Shown: positions 26,687 to 36,483, numbered from the stretch's first letter. The stretch is 56,756 bases of DNA from Desulfuromonadales bacterium (GCA_033549025.1 JAWSUS010000022.1:1-56756), one strand, 5' to 3'. The notes: generated by a model from the letters alone, not told the origin. Translations and numbers: made by a program.

Positions 26687-28093
26687 TTAAAGCGCCCCGC
26701 CGCCCAGCACTTTGTAAAGGGTGACCAAGTTCTCCAGGCGCGCCAGCCGAACGGCCACCAGGCCCTGGCGGGCGCCGTAGAGGGAGCGCTGGGAGTCGAG
26801 CACGCTGAGAAAGCTGTCCACGCCCCGCGTGTAACGCAACTCGGAAAGGTTGTAGGTGGCCGCCGTCGCCTCGACCAGGGCCTGCTGGGCCTGCAGTTGA
26901 TCGACGATCGTTTCCTGCCGGACGAGGGCGTCGGCCACCTCGCGGAAAGCCCCCTGGATGGCCCCCTCGTAGCGGGCCAGGGAGATCTCCCGGTCGACCT
27001 TGGAGACCTGCAGGCGCGCCCGCAGGCTGCCCGCCGTGAAGATGGGCAGATCCAGCCGGGGCGAGAAGGCCCAGGCCCGGGAGGCGTCGTCGATGAGGGT
27101 AGAGAGCTCCGAGCTGCCAAAGCCGGCCGAGGCCGTCAGCGCGATGCGCGGAAAGAAGGCAGCCCGGGCCGCGCCGATATTGGCGTAAGCGGCTTTGAGC
27201 TGGTATTCGGCCGCCAGGATATCCGGGCGCTGCTGCAGCACCTCGGAAGGGACCCCGGCGGGGATATCCGTCACGACCGCCAGTTCCGTCACCGGCGCCG
27301 CAGGCAGCAGATCAGGCGAAAATTCCTGCCCCACCAGCTGGCGCAGGGCGTTCTCTCCTTCGGCCACGAGGCTGTCGTAACGGGCCCTATCCACCCGCGC
27401 CGCCTCAACGCTGGTCTGGGCCTGGCGCAGGTCGAGCTCGGAAGCGACTCCGGCGTCATAGCGCCGCTTGGTCAGCGCCAGAGTCTCCCGGTAGCTGGCC
27501 AGGGTCTCTTCGGCCAATTGCCGGCGTTCCCGGTCGGCGGCCAGAACCAGGTAGGCCCTCGCCACCTCCGAGACCAGAGCCAGGCGGGCGCTGCGATAGG
27601 CTTCTTCGCTGGCCAGATAGGTCTGAAGCGCCTGCTGTTTCAGGCTGCGCAAACGACCAAAAAAATCGATCTCCCAGGCCGTCGTCCCCAGGGACACATT
27701 GTACTGCTCCAGATGGATAACGCGCCCAAAGCCCGACGTATCGGGGACCCGCTGGCGGTTGTAGCCGGCCCCGGCCTGCAGGTCGGGGAAAAGTTCGGCG
27801 CGCTGGATGCGGTACTGGGCGCGGGTCCGCTCAATGGTCAAAGCCGTCACCCGCAGGTCGCGATTGCTTTCCAGGGCCAGCCTGATGAGTTCCTTGAGGT
27901 TTCCATCCACAAAAAAGTCCTGCCAGGACATGGCTGCATAAGCAGGTGCCGCCGGATCTTCATCCCCTTCCAGGTTGGCGTCAGCGGCCCAGGATGTCGG
28001 CACAGGAGCCTCCGGCCGGCTGTAATGAGGCGCCAGCGTGCAGCCACTTACCAGCAAAACAGTCAATAGCAGGCAGATCGCAATTCTATGCAT
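26687..28093 (-). CDS. RND outer membrane factor lipoprotein (OprM/NodT family)
   Basis: Lipobox LVSGC; WEIDFFGRLR, RPDILAAE, LYKVLGGG; start trimmed to MHRIAIC. Confidence 0.92.
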   Translation of the reverse strand: MHRIAICLLLTVLLVSGCTLAPHYSRPEAPVPTSWAADANLEGDEDPAAPAYAAMSWQDFFVDGNLKELIRLALESNRDLRVTALTIERTRAQYRIQRAELFPDLQAGAGYNRQRVPDTSGFGRVIHLEQYNVSLGTTAWEIDFFGRLRSLKQQALQTYLASEEAYRSARLALVSEVARAYLVLAADRERRQLAEETLASYRETLALTKRRYDAGVASELDLRQAQTSVEAARVDRARYDSLVAEGENALRQLVGQEFSPDLLPAAPVTELAVVTDIPAGVPSEVLQQRPDILAAEYQLKAAYANIGAARAAFFPRIALTASAGFGSSELSTLIDDASRAWAFSPRLDLPIFTAGSLRARLQVSKVDREISLARYEGAIQGAFREVADALVRQETIVDQLQAQQALVEATAATYNLSELRYTRGVDSFLSVLDSQRSLYGARQGLVAVRLARLENLVTLYKVLGGGAL

Positions 28094-28094
28094 A

Positions 28095-31000
28095 TCAGTG
28101 GCCCTCCTTGGTCGGTTCAGGCTTGGCCTTGAAAAGTCGGCGGATGGTGACGAAAAAGACCGGTACGAAGAATACCGCCAGCAAGGTGGCGGTGACCATG
28201 GCGCCGTTGACGGCGGTGCCCATGGCGTTCTGGGCACCCGAGCCCGCCCCCGTGTTGAGAGCCAGGGGCAGCACGCCGAAGAAGAAGGCCAGCGAGGTCA
28301 TCAGGATGGGGCGCAGGCGCAGCCTCGCTCCCTCCAGGGTCGCCTCGACCAGGCCCATGCCGCGTTCCATCTGCTCCTTGGCGAACTCGACGATGAGGAT
28401 GGCATTTTTCGACGACAGGCCGATGGTGGTCAAAATGGCGATCTGGAAATAGACGTCATTGGAGTAGCCGCGGGATGTGGCGGCCATGACGGCGCCAATG
28501 ATCCCCAGGGGCACAACCAGCATGACGGAAAAGGGCACCGCCCAACTCTCGTAGAGAGCCGCCAAGCAGAGAAAGACCACCAGCAGGGAGATGGCGTAGA
28601 GGGCCGGGGCCTGGGCGCCGGCCAGCCTTTCCTCGTAGGACAGGCCGGTCCATTCGTAACCGATGCCCGGAGGCAGCTGCGCTGCCAGCTCTTCCATCTG
28701 GGCCATGGCCTCGCCCGAACTCACACCAGGAGCCGCCTGACCCATGACCTGGATGGATGGCATCCCGTTGTAACGTTCCAGACGCGGCGAGCCGTACTGC
28801 CAGTGGGCCGTGGAGAAGGCCGAAAAGGGCACCATCTCGCCACGGTTGTTGCGGGCGTACCATTTGCCGATATCCTCGGGGAGCATGCGATACTGGGGAG
28901 CCCCCTGGACGTAGACCCTTTTGACCCGGCCATTCTGGATAAAGTCGTTGACGTAGCTGCTCCCCCAGGCTGTGGCCAGCAGGCTGTTGGCCTGGGCCAG
29001 GGGAATTCCCAGGGCGCCGGCGCGCACGTCATCCACATCCAGCTTGTACTGGGGGGTATCGTCCTGGCCGTTGGGGCGCACCGCCACCAGGTTGGGACTC
29101 TGCATCGCCATGCCCAGCAACTGGTTGCGGGCCGCCATGAGCTTTTCGTGGCCGAGACCGCCGCGGTCCTGCAGCTGAAAGTCGAAGCCGTTGGCGTTGC
29201 CCAGCTCCATTACCGCCGGCGGCACGAAGGCGAAGACCATGGCGTCCTTGATCTGGCTGAGGGCGCCCATGGCCCGCCCGGCAATCGCCGGAGCCTTAAG
29301 GGCAGGATCCTGGCGCAGCTCCCAGTCTTTGAGGCGGATAAAGGCGATCCCCATATTCTGGCCGCGTCCGGCGAAACTGAAGCCGGCCACCGTCATGAGG
29401 GAATCGATCGCTTCCCCCTCTTTTTCCAGAAAATGATGCTCCACCTGCTTGATCACTTCCATGGTTCTGGCCTGAGTGGCTCCCGCCGGCAGCTGCAGCT
29501 GCACCATGATGAAGCCCTGGTCTTCCTCCGGCAAAAAGGCCGTGGGCATACGCAGGAAGAGCCAGGCCATGACCACGACGATGAGCCCGTAGATCACCAT
29601 GAAACGTCCGGTGCGCCTCAGCATGCGGCCGACGAGGGACTGATACATATTATTGCTGCGGTCGAACCATTTGTTGAACCAGCGGAAGAATCCCTTGAAC
29701 CAGCCGCTGTCCGCCGCCACATGCCCTTTGGCCACCGGTTTGAGCAGGGTGGCGCAGAGGGCCGGGGTCAGGATAACCGCCACCAGCACCGACAGCACCA
29801 TGGCCGAGACGATGGTGATGGAGAACTGCCGGTAGATAACCCCGGTGGAGCCGCTGAAAAAGGCCATGGGGACAAAAACAGCCGACAGCACGAGGGCGAT
29901 GCCGACCAGGGCGCCGATGATCTGGTCCATGGACTTGATGGTCGCTTCTCGCGGCGGCAGGCCCTCCTCCGTCATGATGCGCTCGACGTTCTCCACCACG
30001 ACGATGGCGTCGTCCACCAGCAGGCCGATGGCCAGCACCATGGCGAACATGGTCAGGGTATTGATGGAGAAGCCCGCGGCCGCCAGCACGCCGAAGGTGC
30101 CGAGCAGCACCACCGGCACGGCGATGGTGGGGATGAGGGTGGCGCGGATGTTCTGCAGAAACAGAAACATGACGACGAAGACCAGGAAAACGGCCTCGAT
30201 GAGGGTTCTGACCACCTCTTCGATGGAAATCTTGACGAAGGGGGTGGTGTCGTAGGGATAGACGACCTTCATCCCCTGCGGAAAGAACCCGGACAGCTCC
30301 ACCATCTTCTCTTTGATGCGCTCGGCCGTATCGAGGGCATTGGCCCCGGCGGCCAGCTTGATCCCCAGTCCGGCGGCCGGGCTTCCTTTGTAGCGGGCCA
30401 GGATGTCGTAGTTTTCTGTGCCGATGGCCACCTCAGCCACGTCCTTCAGGCGGACGGTCGAGCCGTCGGCGTTGGTCCGCAGCACAATGGCCTCAAACTG
30501 CTCCGGCGTCTGCAGCAGAGTTCTGGCCGTTATGGTGGCATTGAGCTGCTGCCCCGCCACGGCCGGCAAGCCGCCGAACTGGCCGGCGGATACCTGGGCG
30601 TTCTGCGCCTGCAGCGCTGTCACCACATCTGCCGGGATCAGTTTGTAATTGGTCAGCTTGGTCGGGTTGAGCCAGATGCGCATGGCGTTCTGGGAGCCGA
30701 AGAGCTGCACCTCGCCCACCCCTTCGAGGCGGCTGAGAATATCCTGGATATTGGACACGGCATAATCGGCGAGGTCGTAGCGGGTCATGGAGCCATCCTC
30801 CGAAACCAGGCCGACAATCAGCAGAAAGTTGCGCGTCGACTTGACGACCGAGATACCCTGGCGCTGGACCACTTCGGGCAGCAGGGGTGTCGCCAGCTGC
30901 AGCTTGTTCTGGACCTGCACCTGGGCCAGGTTGGGGTCGGTGCCGGCCTTGAAGGTCAGCGTCACCGTTCCTAGGCCGGCCGAGTCGCTGTTGGACGACA

Positions 31001-31232
31001 TGTAGATCAGGTTGTCGATCCCGTTCATCTTCTGTTCGATGATCTGGGTAACCGTATCCTGCACCGTCTGGGCTGAGGCTCCCGGGTAGACGGCGTTGAT
31101 GGATATCTGCGGCGGCGCGATGGAAGGATACTGGGAAACCGGCAGCGTCTTGATCGCCAGCAGGCCGGCCAGCATGATGATAATTGCTATGACCCAGGCA
31201 AATATGGGTCGGTCTATGAAAAATCGGGCCAT
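28095..31232 (-). CDS. acrB: Multidrug RND permease (AcrB/MexB, HAE1)
   Basis: [49 protein letters not shown]. Confidence 0.93.
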   Translation of the reverse strand: MARFFIDRPIFAWVIAIIIMLAGLLAIKTLPVSQYPSIAPPQISINAVYPGASAQTVQDTVTQIIEQKMNGIDNLIYMSSNSDSAGLGTVTLTFKAGTDPNLAQVQVQNKLQLATPLLPEVVQRQGISVVKSTRNFLLIVGLVSEDGSMTRYDLADYAVSNIQDILSRLEGVGEVQLFGSQNAMRIWLNPTKLTNYKLIPADVVTALQAQNAQVSAGQFGGLPAVAGQQLNATITARTLLQTPEQFEAIVLRTNADGSTVRLKDVAEVAIGTENYDILARYKGSPAAGLGIKLAAGANALDTAERIKEKMVELSGFFPQGMKVVYPYDTTPFVKISIEEVVRTLIEAVFLVFVVMFLFLQNIRATLIPTIAVPVVLLGTFGVLAAAGFSINTLTMFAMVLAIGLLVDDAIVVVENVERIMTEEGLPPREATIKSMDQIIGALVGIALVLSAVFVPMAFFSGSTGVIYRQFSITIVSAMVLSVLVAVILTPALCATLLKPVAKGHVAADSGWFKGFFRWFNKWFDRSNNMYQSLVGRMLRRTGRFMVIYGLIVVVMAWLFLRMPTAFLPEEDQGFIMVQLQLPAGATQARTMEVIKQVEHHFLEKEGEAIDSLMTVAGFSFAGRGQNMGIAFIRLKDWELRQDPALKAPAIAGRAMGALSQIKDAMVFAFVPPAVMELGNANGFDFQLQDRGGLGHEKLMAARNQLLGMAMQSPNLVAVRPNGQDDTPQYKLDVDDVRAGALGIPLAQANSLLATAWGSSYVNDFIQNGRVKRVYVQGAPQYRMLPEDIGKWYARNNRGEMVPFSAFSTAHWQYGSPRLERYNGMPSIQVMGQAAPGVSSGEAMAQMEELAAQLPPGIGYEWTGLSYEERLAGAQAPALYAISLLVVFLCLAALYESWAVPFSVMLVVPLGIIGAVMAATSRGYSNDVYFQIAILTTIGLSSKNAILIVEFAKEQMERGMGLVEATLEGARLRLRPILMTSLAFFFGVLPLALNTGAGSGAQNAMGTAVNGAMVTATLLAVFFVPVFFVTIRRLFKAKPEPTKEGH

Positions 31233-31243
31233 GTGGAACTCCT

Positions 31244-32431
31244 TTAGTTGCCGGGGACCGTGTTTTGAGGGGCTGCATCAGGGGTGACATAGGGAACCGT
31301 TTTGACAGACGTTCCCGGTCTCGCCTTCTGAATACCTTCCATAATCACACGATCGCCTGCCTGCAGGCCCTTTTCCACCAGCCACTGATCGCCAATAGTA
31401 CGATTCACCTCAATGACCTGAGGAGCAACTTTGTCTTCCGCGGTGACCACAAAAACCATGGCGTTGCCGGCCGGGTTGCGGGTCACCGCCCTCTGCGGCA
31501 CCAGTATGGCCTGTTCTTTTACCCCCTCAAGGACGATGGCCCGGACAAAAAGACCGGGCAGCAGTGTCTGCTCGGGATTGGGAAAGAGGGTACGCAGGGT
31601 GACCGAACCGGTGCTCTCCTCAACGGTTACCTCGGAGAACTTCAGGGTTCCCGCCAGCGGGTAGGGGGTGCCATCCTCCAGCATCAGCTTCACTTCGGCC
31701 TGGCGGGGATCGCCTTCTTGAACCAGTCCGCCGGCAATCTGGCGTTTGAGACTCAGCAGCTCGGCCGCCGATTGGGTCACATCGACATACAGGGGGTCAA
31801 GCTGCCGGATGGTGGCCAGAGGCGCGCCCTGACTGGCGATGACCAAAGCGCCGGTGGTAACGGAAGAACGACCAATTCGGCCCGCAATCGGCGCCTTTAT
31901 CTGCGTGTAGTCCAGGTTGATGCGGGCTCGCTCCACCGCGGCCCTGGCCGCTTCGATTTCAGCCTGGGCACTCTTCATCGCCGAACGCGTATCATCGTAG
32001 TCCTGCTGGCTGACCGCCTTCATGTCGACCAGCTCCCGATAACGCTCTTCCCGCAGCTGCAAGGCCTCGAAATTGGCTTCGGCCTGGGCCAGAGCGGCCT
32101 TAGCGCTGCTGTATTCCGCCTGATACACGGCCGGATCGATCTCATACAAGACCTGACCCGCCTTCACCTCGGAACCTTCGGTGAAGAGCCGTTTCTGGAT
32201 GATACCGCCCACCTGGGGGCGCACCTCGGCAATGAGACGCGGAGCCGTGCGGCCCGGCAGTTCCGTGGTCAGGGTCACCGGCTGTTCCTTTAGCGTCAGT
32301 ACCGACACTTCCGGGGCCGGTCGGGCCCCCTGGGGCCCGGCCGGCCCACTTTTTTCGCAGCCGGCCAGCAGCAGTCCGGCAATGAGAAGCCCTGTCAACG
32401 TCAAGATCGTTCTTCTGAAACTGGTTCGCAT
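31244..32431 (-). CDS. acrA: RND periplasmic adaptor lipoprotein (AcrA/MexA)
   Basis: Lipobox [37 protein letters not shown] before MRTSF. Confidence 0.9.
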   Translation of the reverse strand: MRTSFRRTILTLTGLLIAGLLLAGCEKSGPAGPQGARPAPEVSVLTLKEQPVTLTTELPGRTAPRLIAEVRPQVGGIIQKRLFTEGSEVKAGQVLYEIDPAVYQAEYSSAKAALAQAEANFEALQLREERYRELVDMKAVSQQDYDDTRSAMKSAQAEIEAARAAVERARINLDYTQIKAPIAGRIGRSSVTTGALVIASQGAPLATIRQLDPLYVDVTQSAAELLSLKRQIAGGLVQEGDPRQAEVKLMLEDGTPYPLAGTLKFSEVTVEESTGSVTLRTLFPNPEQTLLPGLFVRAIVLEGVKEQAILVPQRAVTRNPAGNAMVFVVTAEDKVAPQVIEVNRTIGDQWLVEKGLQAGDRVIMEGIQKARPGTSVKTVPYVTPDAAPQNTVPGN

Positions 32432-32501
32432 AAACACCTCTATCCTCGTCATAGATGATATTGAGCAACTCTCGGGCGAGCCGATTGCGCGGTCGCCGAT
32501 G

Positions 32502-33110
32502 TTAAGATTTCGCGCGCGACTCCGCCTGAGCGGCCGGGGTTCTCACCGCATCCCAACAGGCCTTGATCGTTTCCTCGATCAAGTGGTCGTCCAACGGCAA
32601 AAAGCCCAGCACATGGTCGCGGGCCACAGACAGAATGGGACCGAAAGCCAGAGCCAGCAGGATGGACAGCGGCAGGTCTTTCAGCAGCTTTCTTGACACA
32701 CCTTCGTCAAAAAGATGCAGGCAGACATCCCGTTCCTGCCGGCGCACCAACAGACGCTCCCGACGAAAGGCGACGCCATAGGGGGAATTGTGAAACTGTT
32801 CAACATAGCGGAAATCGAGGGGGTTTTCGGTAAAATATTTCAGCAGAGCCTTAAGCAGGTGGAAAAAACGTTCCCGAAAAGGCTGATTCACATCATAACC
32901 GGCGGTGATTACCGGATTGACGCGGTTTTCCACCTCCTGGTAGAGCTCGGTGATCAACACATCCTTGTTCGCAAAATAACGATAGATCGTGCCGGCTCCC
33001 ACCTTGGCCTGCTCGGCGATCAGGGCCATGGGTGTGCCGTGGTATCCCCGTTCGGCGATCAGCTCAAGGGCGGCCCTGACGATCTCTTCCCGTTTGTCTG
33101 TCTTGGTCAT
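32502..33110 (-). CDS. TetR/AcrR family regulator
   Basis: IVRAALELIAERGY...VGAGTIYRYFANKD HTH. Confidence 0.93.
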   Translation of the reverse strand: MTKTDKREEIVRAALELIAERGYHGTPMALIAEQAKVGAGTIYRYFANKDVLITELYQEVENRVNPVITAGYDVNQPFRERFFHLLKALLKYFTENPLDFRYVEQFHNSPYGVAFRRERLLVRRQERDVCLHLFDEGVSRKLLKDLPLSILLALAFGPILSVARDHVLGFLPLDDHLIEETIKACWDAVRTPAAQAESRAKS

Positions 33111-33124
33111 GTCCTGTCCTTGAT

Positions 33125-33146
33125 ACGGAATGAATAATCATTCCGT
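33125..33146. promoter_or_regulatory. Probable TetR operator
   Basis: Perfect 9-bp inverted repeat ACGGAATGA-N4-TCATTCCGT between a minus-strand TATAAA (33147-33152) and the tetR start. Confidence 0.7.
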
Positions 33147-33235
33147 TTTATAGAAAAGGCGAGAAAACGTCCAGCATTTTTTACGGCCCAAGATAAAAAG
33201 ATTAAAAGGATGGCTTCTCTGTTAGCACAAAAGTG

Positions 33236-33270
33236 AAAAGGCAGCGGATATAATCACCCGCCGCCTTTTT
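33236..33270. terminator. Terminator downstream of purE
   Basis: AAAAGGCAGCGG...CCGCCGCCTTTTT imperfect stem flanked by A/T tracts. Confidence 0.6.
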
Positions 33271-33301
33271 CGTCAAGCATTCTGAAAACTCTGACTTAAG
33301 C

Positions 33302-33838
33302 TCAGGCTTTTTTGTCACTCAGACGGGCCAGGGCCTCATCGGCGGTCTGATCGTAGCGGGCCCGCTCTTTTTCGGCCATATCCTTCAGTCCCTGGGCGAT
33401 GACCGGATATTTGAGGGCCAGGATACGGGCCGCCATGATAGCCGCGTTACGGGAACCGTCGATGGCCACCGTCGCCACCGGCACGCCCGGGGGCATCTGC
33501 ACGGTAGAGAGAAGGCTGTCCCAGCCGGAGAGAGGACCGTTGCCCAGGGGCAGGCCAATGACCGGCAGCTGGGTGTGACCGGCGATCACGCCGGCCAGAT
33601 GGGCGGCCACACCGGCACAGCCGATAAGGACCTCAACGCCCTCGGCGTGGGCGCGATCGAGGTAAGCGAAAACCTTGTCGGGGGTGCGGTGGGCCGAAGC
33701 GACGACAATTTCGCTGCGAATGCCCAGCTCATCCAGGGTATCCCGCACCTTGACCACCTTGGGCAGATCATTGGGGCTGCCGGTAAGAATGCCGACGAGA
33801 ACCTTGTCCTGGGGTGAAACCGTTCCTGCTTCCGTCAC
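33302..33838 (-). CDS. purE: N5-CAIR mutase / AIR carboxylase PurE
   Basis: [43 protein letters not shown] 33838 after AAAGGAG. Confidence 0.9.
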   Translation of the reverse strand: MTEAGTVSPQDKVLVGILTGSPNDLPKVVKVRDTLDELGIRSEIVVASAHRTPDKVFAYLDRAHAEGVEVLIGCAGVAAHLAGVIAGHTQLPVIGLPLGNGPLSGWDSLLSTVQMPPGVPVATVAIDGSRNAAIMAARILALKYPVIAQGLKDMAEKERARYDQTADEALARLSDKKA

Positions 33839-33948
33839 TGTACTATCTCCTTTGTTGAGGGGAGGCCGGCGAGGCCGCCACGACATAGTTTCTAAAAATC
33901 CACCGGTGTGTAAATCTCGGCTAAAGAGGTCTTTGTGCTGCTGAAGGG

Positions 33949-34004
33949 AAAAACAAAAGACCTTTACTCACATCACTTCGAGTGGTGGTGTGAATAAAGG
34001 TCTT
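33949..34004 (-). terminator. Riboswitch expression-platform terminator
   Basis: Long stem AAGACCTTTATTCACA...TGTGAGTAAAGGTCTT followed by TTGTTTTT; 5' arm overlaps the aptamer 3' strand. Confidence 0.8.
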
Positions 34005-34105
34005 GCCAATTCCGATCAAAGATCGCAACCCCGCGTCCGGGTGACTGGCACCGTATTGACGAACCGCGGGCCGGCTCTTTTCCAGCCGGAAGCTACTCCC
34101 CTTTA
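33995..34105 (-). ncRNA. yybP-ykoY (Mn2+-sensing) riboswitch aptamer
   Basis: Minus strand TAAAGGGGAGTAGC ... CGTCAATACGG ... GGCAAGACCTTTA; P1 TAAAGG/CCTTTA, P2 CCGGCT/AGCCGG. Confidence 0.85.
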
Positions 34106-34114
34106 AAGGCAAAA

Positions 34115-34143
34115 ATATTATTGGACGTGCGGGCCCATGTCAA
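34115..34143 (-). promoter_or_regulatory. Sigma70 promoter for the riboswitch leader
   Basis: TTGACA-N17-TAATAT ending ~10 nt before the aptamer. Confidence 0.75.
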
Positions 34144-34172
34144 CAGAAATAGGCACCTATGCAACGACTTCT

Positions 34173-34619
34173 TTACCCTATGGTTACCTGCCGGGTCTCT
34201 TCCCACAGCCCATGCAGATTGCAGAACTCGCGGGCCTTGAGGGTGGCCGGTCCCTCCAGAGTGATAAAAAAGGTGACCTTGGGAGCATTCTGGCCTGGCG
34301 TTAACGTGGCCCTGCCGGCCGGCTTGCCGTCGACGAACAGCTCCACATAGTCGATATAATGTTCCTTGACCATGGGATGGATGACTTCCCCCACCGTGAT
34401 CGTCACCGGGAAGGGCACTCCCTTGGTCAGGCGCTCGGGCACCTCGATTACCGGCACATGCTTCTGTTCGGACAAGGTTTTGTTGGCCGGATCCTTGGCC
34501 GTGAAAACATGCATCTCCGTCTCAGCCGCCTGCACCTGGGGAACGCCCATAAACAGACCGGCCGCCAGAACCGCCGATCCCGTCAGCAGAAACTCTCTTC
34601 GCTTCACCTCGCTACCCAT
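34173..34619 (-). CDS. Tat-exported superoxide reductase (neelaredoxin-type, 1Fe SOR)
   Basis: KRREFLL twin-arginine signal with VQA cleavage site; KHVP, HPMVKEHYI, FCNLHG iron ligands. Confidence 0.88.
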   Translation of the reverse strand: MGSEVKRREFLLTGSAVLAAGLFMGVPQVQAAETEMHVFTAKDPANKTLSEQKHVPVIEVPERLTKGVPFPVTITVGEVIHPMVKEHYIDYVELFVDGKPAGRATLTPGQNAPKVTFFITLEGPATLKAREFCNLHGLWEETRQVTIG

Positions 34620-34767
34620 ATGCGTGCCTCCCTGTTTGGATATTTCCAGTACTATAGCCGGCTTTGGGCTTCTCGCAAGGGGGAGGTAAAGCGGCCCGGG
34701 GCGATTTCACTTGCTAGCCCCCTGGAAGATATTATATATTAAAAAGCCTATCTAACGGAGGAGCCTT

Positions 34768-34914
34768 ATGGAAATACTCAGTATCCTCGGCATTGTCGCC
34801 ATCTGGTACGTCGTCAACAAATGGGTGCTACCCAAAATGGGCGTCCAGACCTGACTGTCCGACAGTTGCAGCCTTCCGGTCCGGAAGGAAGAAGAAAAAA
34901 AAGAAAACCAATAA
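34768..34914 (+). CDS. Candidate small membrane selenoprotein (48 aa with Sec; 28 aa if TGA is a stop); not in ORF track
   Basis: GGAGGAG RBS; MEILSILGIVAIWYVVNKWVLPKMGVQT-(TGA 34852-34854)-LSDSCSLPVRKEEEKKENQ-TAA; SECIS-like hairpin and downstream terminator. Confidence 0.65.
34872..34888 (+). promoter_or_regulatory. Candidate bacterial SECIS hairpin
   Basis: CCTTCCG-GTC-CGGAAGG, 7-bp stem, G first in the loop, loop starts 25 nt after the UGA. Confidence 0.55.
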
Positions 34915-34931
34915 TTCTCGTATCTGTGCAT

Positions 34932-34973
34932 TCAGCCCCCCGGACAGACCATTCCGGCGGGGCTGATTTTTTT
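34932..34973 (+). terminator. Intrinsic terminator of the small gene
   Basis: TCAGCCCCCCGGA...TCCGGCGGGGCTGA followed by T7. Confidence 0.8.
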
Positions 34974-34974
34974 G

Positions 34975-35012
34975 AAAACAAAAGGGCCACCCCGGTTGGG
35001 CGGCCCTTTTGT
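34975..35012 (-). terminator. Intrinsic terminator of the octaheme cytochrome gene
   Basis: ACAAAAGGGCC...GGCCCTTTTGT stem with minus-strand U-tract. Confidence 0.75.
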
Positions 35013-35035
35013 CTGCTTGGTGTTCCTGATCGGTC

Positions 35036-36418
35036 TTATTTGCTCCGGGACCACTTGGAATTGACCATGGGATCCCCTTTGTAGCCCAGCTCTTTCCAGT
35101 TCAGGCGGCCGTTGTCGCCATGACAGTCGAGGCAGCTGAGGGCTTCGCTGGCTGGAGAGACCATGTGGTTGAGGCGCCAGTACATGCGGGTCTCGATAAA
35201 GTCGACCTCGCCGCTGAAGGGGAGTCCCGCCGCCTTCATGCCGATTTCGGCCGAGCGCTTCCAGTCGAAAGTGTGCCAGTAGCCGTCATCGCCGATCTGA
35301 TGGACGGCCAGCAGGGTTTTATTGACGGGGTCGAAAGCCTGTTTGCCGCCCATCACCTTGAAGGGATAGATGCGGGCCTTTTTGTCCTTGATGGTCGAGG
35401 TCGGCCCGGCCACCATCAGCACCTTGTTTGGGTCCTTGATCTTTTGACCGCGCACATGGTTGATGGCCTCGCCCGTTTCAAACCAGGCATACTCGGGCTG
35501 TACCATTTTGCCGTATTTCATGTCGCCCTTTTTCTTCACGTACAGGGGCAGACCGTATTTATCCTTGACGACGTCGCGGCTGTCATCGCCGGCGGTCGAC
35601 CAGTCCCACCAGATTTTGGTCGGAATCTCTTTGGCGTAGTAAGGGATGTGGCAGGTCTGGCAGGCGATGTTGGCCGCGTGGTCATTGAGACGGCTTTCCT
35701 GATGGACTGCCCCAGCATGGCAGTCTTCACAGCGGAGCTGGCTGGCGGCACCCGGCGAGACGCCGAGGGAATTGCCGGGAATAACATGGTTCTTGGTCAC
35801 ATGGCAACTCTGGCAGGCGAAATCCTGTCCGTCGAGGCCCATATGGATGTCCGTCTTGCTTTCCGGATAGGACATGGAGGAATCGAGGTCGCCGTGCTTG
35901 ACGGCATCGCCGCCGCCGCCGTAAAAGTGGCACGCACCGCAGTTATCACGCACAGGCGCGCCGACATTTTGGGCAATCCGCAGCAGATTGAGGCCTTCGG
36001 CGGGCCAGCCGGCATCGCCCTTGGCGTAAGTGCCTGTCGTATCGTGACAGACGAGACAGTCTACGCGGGTCTTGTCGTTGAAATCGAAACTGTCATCCTC
36101 GTAGCCATAACCGGCGTGGCAGCGGTTGCATGAAGTCTCGTTGCTTTTGATCTGGGTGCAGTAGTTGTTGAGCACATTGCGCTTGCCGGCGGCTACCGTT
36201 TTGCCGGCTATTTCCTGCTCCAGCGCCCAGGTCCAGTGGCTGGTCTTCATAAAATCGTCGGCCTGCTGTTCATGGCATTCCAGGCAGACCTTGGTGACCT
36301 CGGGTCCCGATTTGAAATCCCCCTGGACATATTCGCTGTGGGGATTGGCGGCCAGGACCGTTCCTCCCCATAAACCCAGAATCAGAAATGACACCAAAAC
36401 CCTTTCCAACTGTCGCAT
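35036..36418 (-). CDS. Octaheme c-type cytochrome, tetrathionate reductase (OTR) family
   Basis: Signal peptide, 8 CxxCH motifs counted, GPEVTKVCLECH, GGGGDAVKHGDLDSS, MYWRLNHMV; GGAGG RBS. Confidence 0.9.
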   Translation of the reverse strand: MRQLERVLVSFLILGLWGGTVLAANPHSEYVQGDFKSGPEVTKVCLECHEQQADDFMKTSHWTWALEQEIAGKTVAAGKRNVLNNYCTQIKSNETSCNRCHAGYGYEDDSFDFNDKTRVDCLVCHDTTGTYAKGDAGWPAEGLNLLRIAQNVGAPVRDNCGACHFYGGGGDAVKHGDLDSSMSYPESKTDIHMGLDGQDFACQSCHVTKNHVIPGNSLGVSPGAASQLRCEDCHAGAVHQESRLNDHAANIACQTCHIPYYAKEIPTKIWWDWSTAGDDSRDVVKDKYGLPLYVKKKGDMKYGKMVQPEYAWFETGEAINHVRGQKIKDPNKVLMVAGPTSTIKDKKARIYPFKVMGGKQAFDPVNKTLLAVHQIGDDGYWHTFDWKRSAEIGMKAAGLPFSGEVDFIETRMYWRLNHMVSPASEALSCLDCHGDNGRLNWKELGYKGDPMVNSKWSRSK

Positions 36419-36467
36419 TCCTCGACCTCCTTGTAATGTTACGAATGATGGGAACAGGCTAAACCAA

Positions 36468-36483
36468 AGCAAATTAAATGCCA
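36468..36483 (-). promoter_or_regulatory. Sigma54 (-24/-12) promoter
   Basis: TGGCATTTAATTTGCT, GG-N10-GC, 50 bp upstream of the OTR start. Confidence 0.7.

Noticed and set aside
28038..30974. Long plus-strand ORFs such as 28038-30974, 40803-43457, 45860-47776, 16043-17821, 24759-26546
   Set aside because: Antisense shadows of well-supported minus-strand genes, expected in high-GC DNA; no recognisable motifs.
33950..34110. Cyclic-dinucleotide (GEMM) or purine riboswitch upstream of purE
   Set aside because: Lacks GEMM or purine core motifs; conserved strings match yybP-ykoY instead.
34821..35084. 87-aa ORF from the track
   Set aside because: No RBS, runs through two terminators and overlaps the OTR end; the frame starting at 34768 has the RBS.
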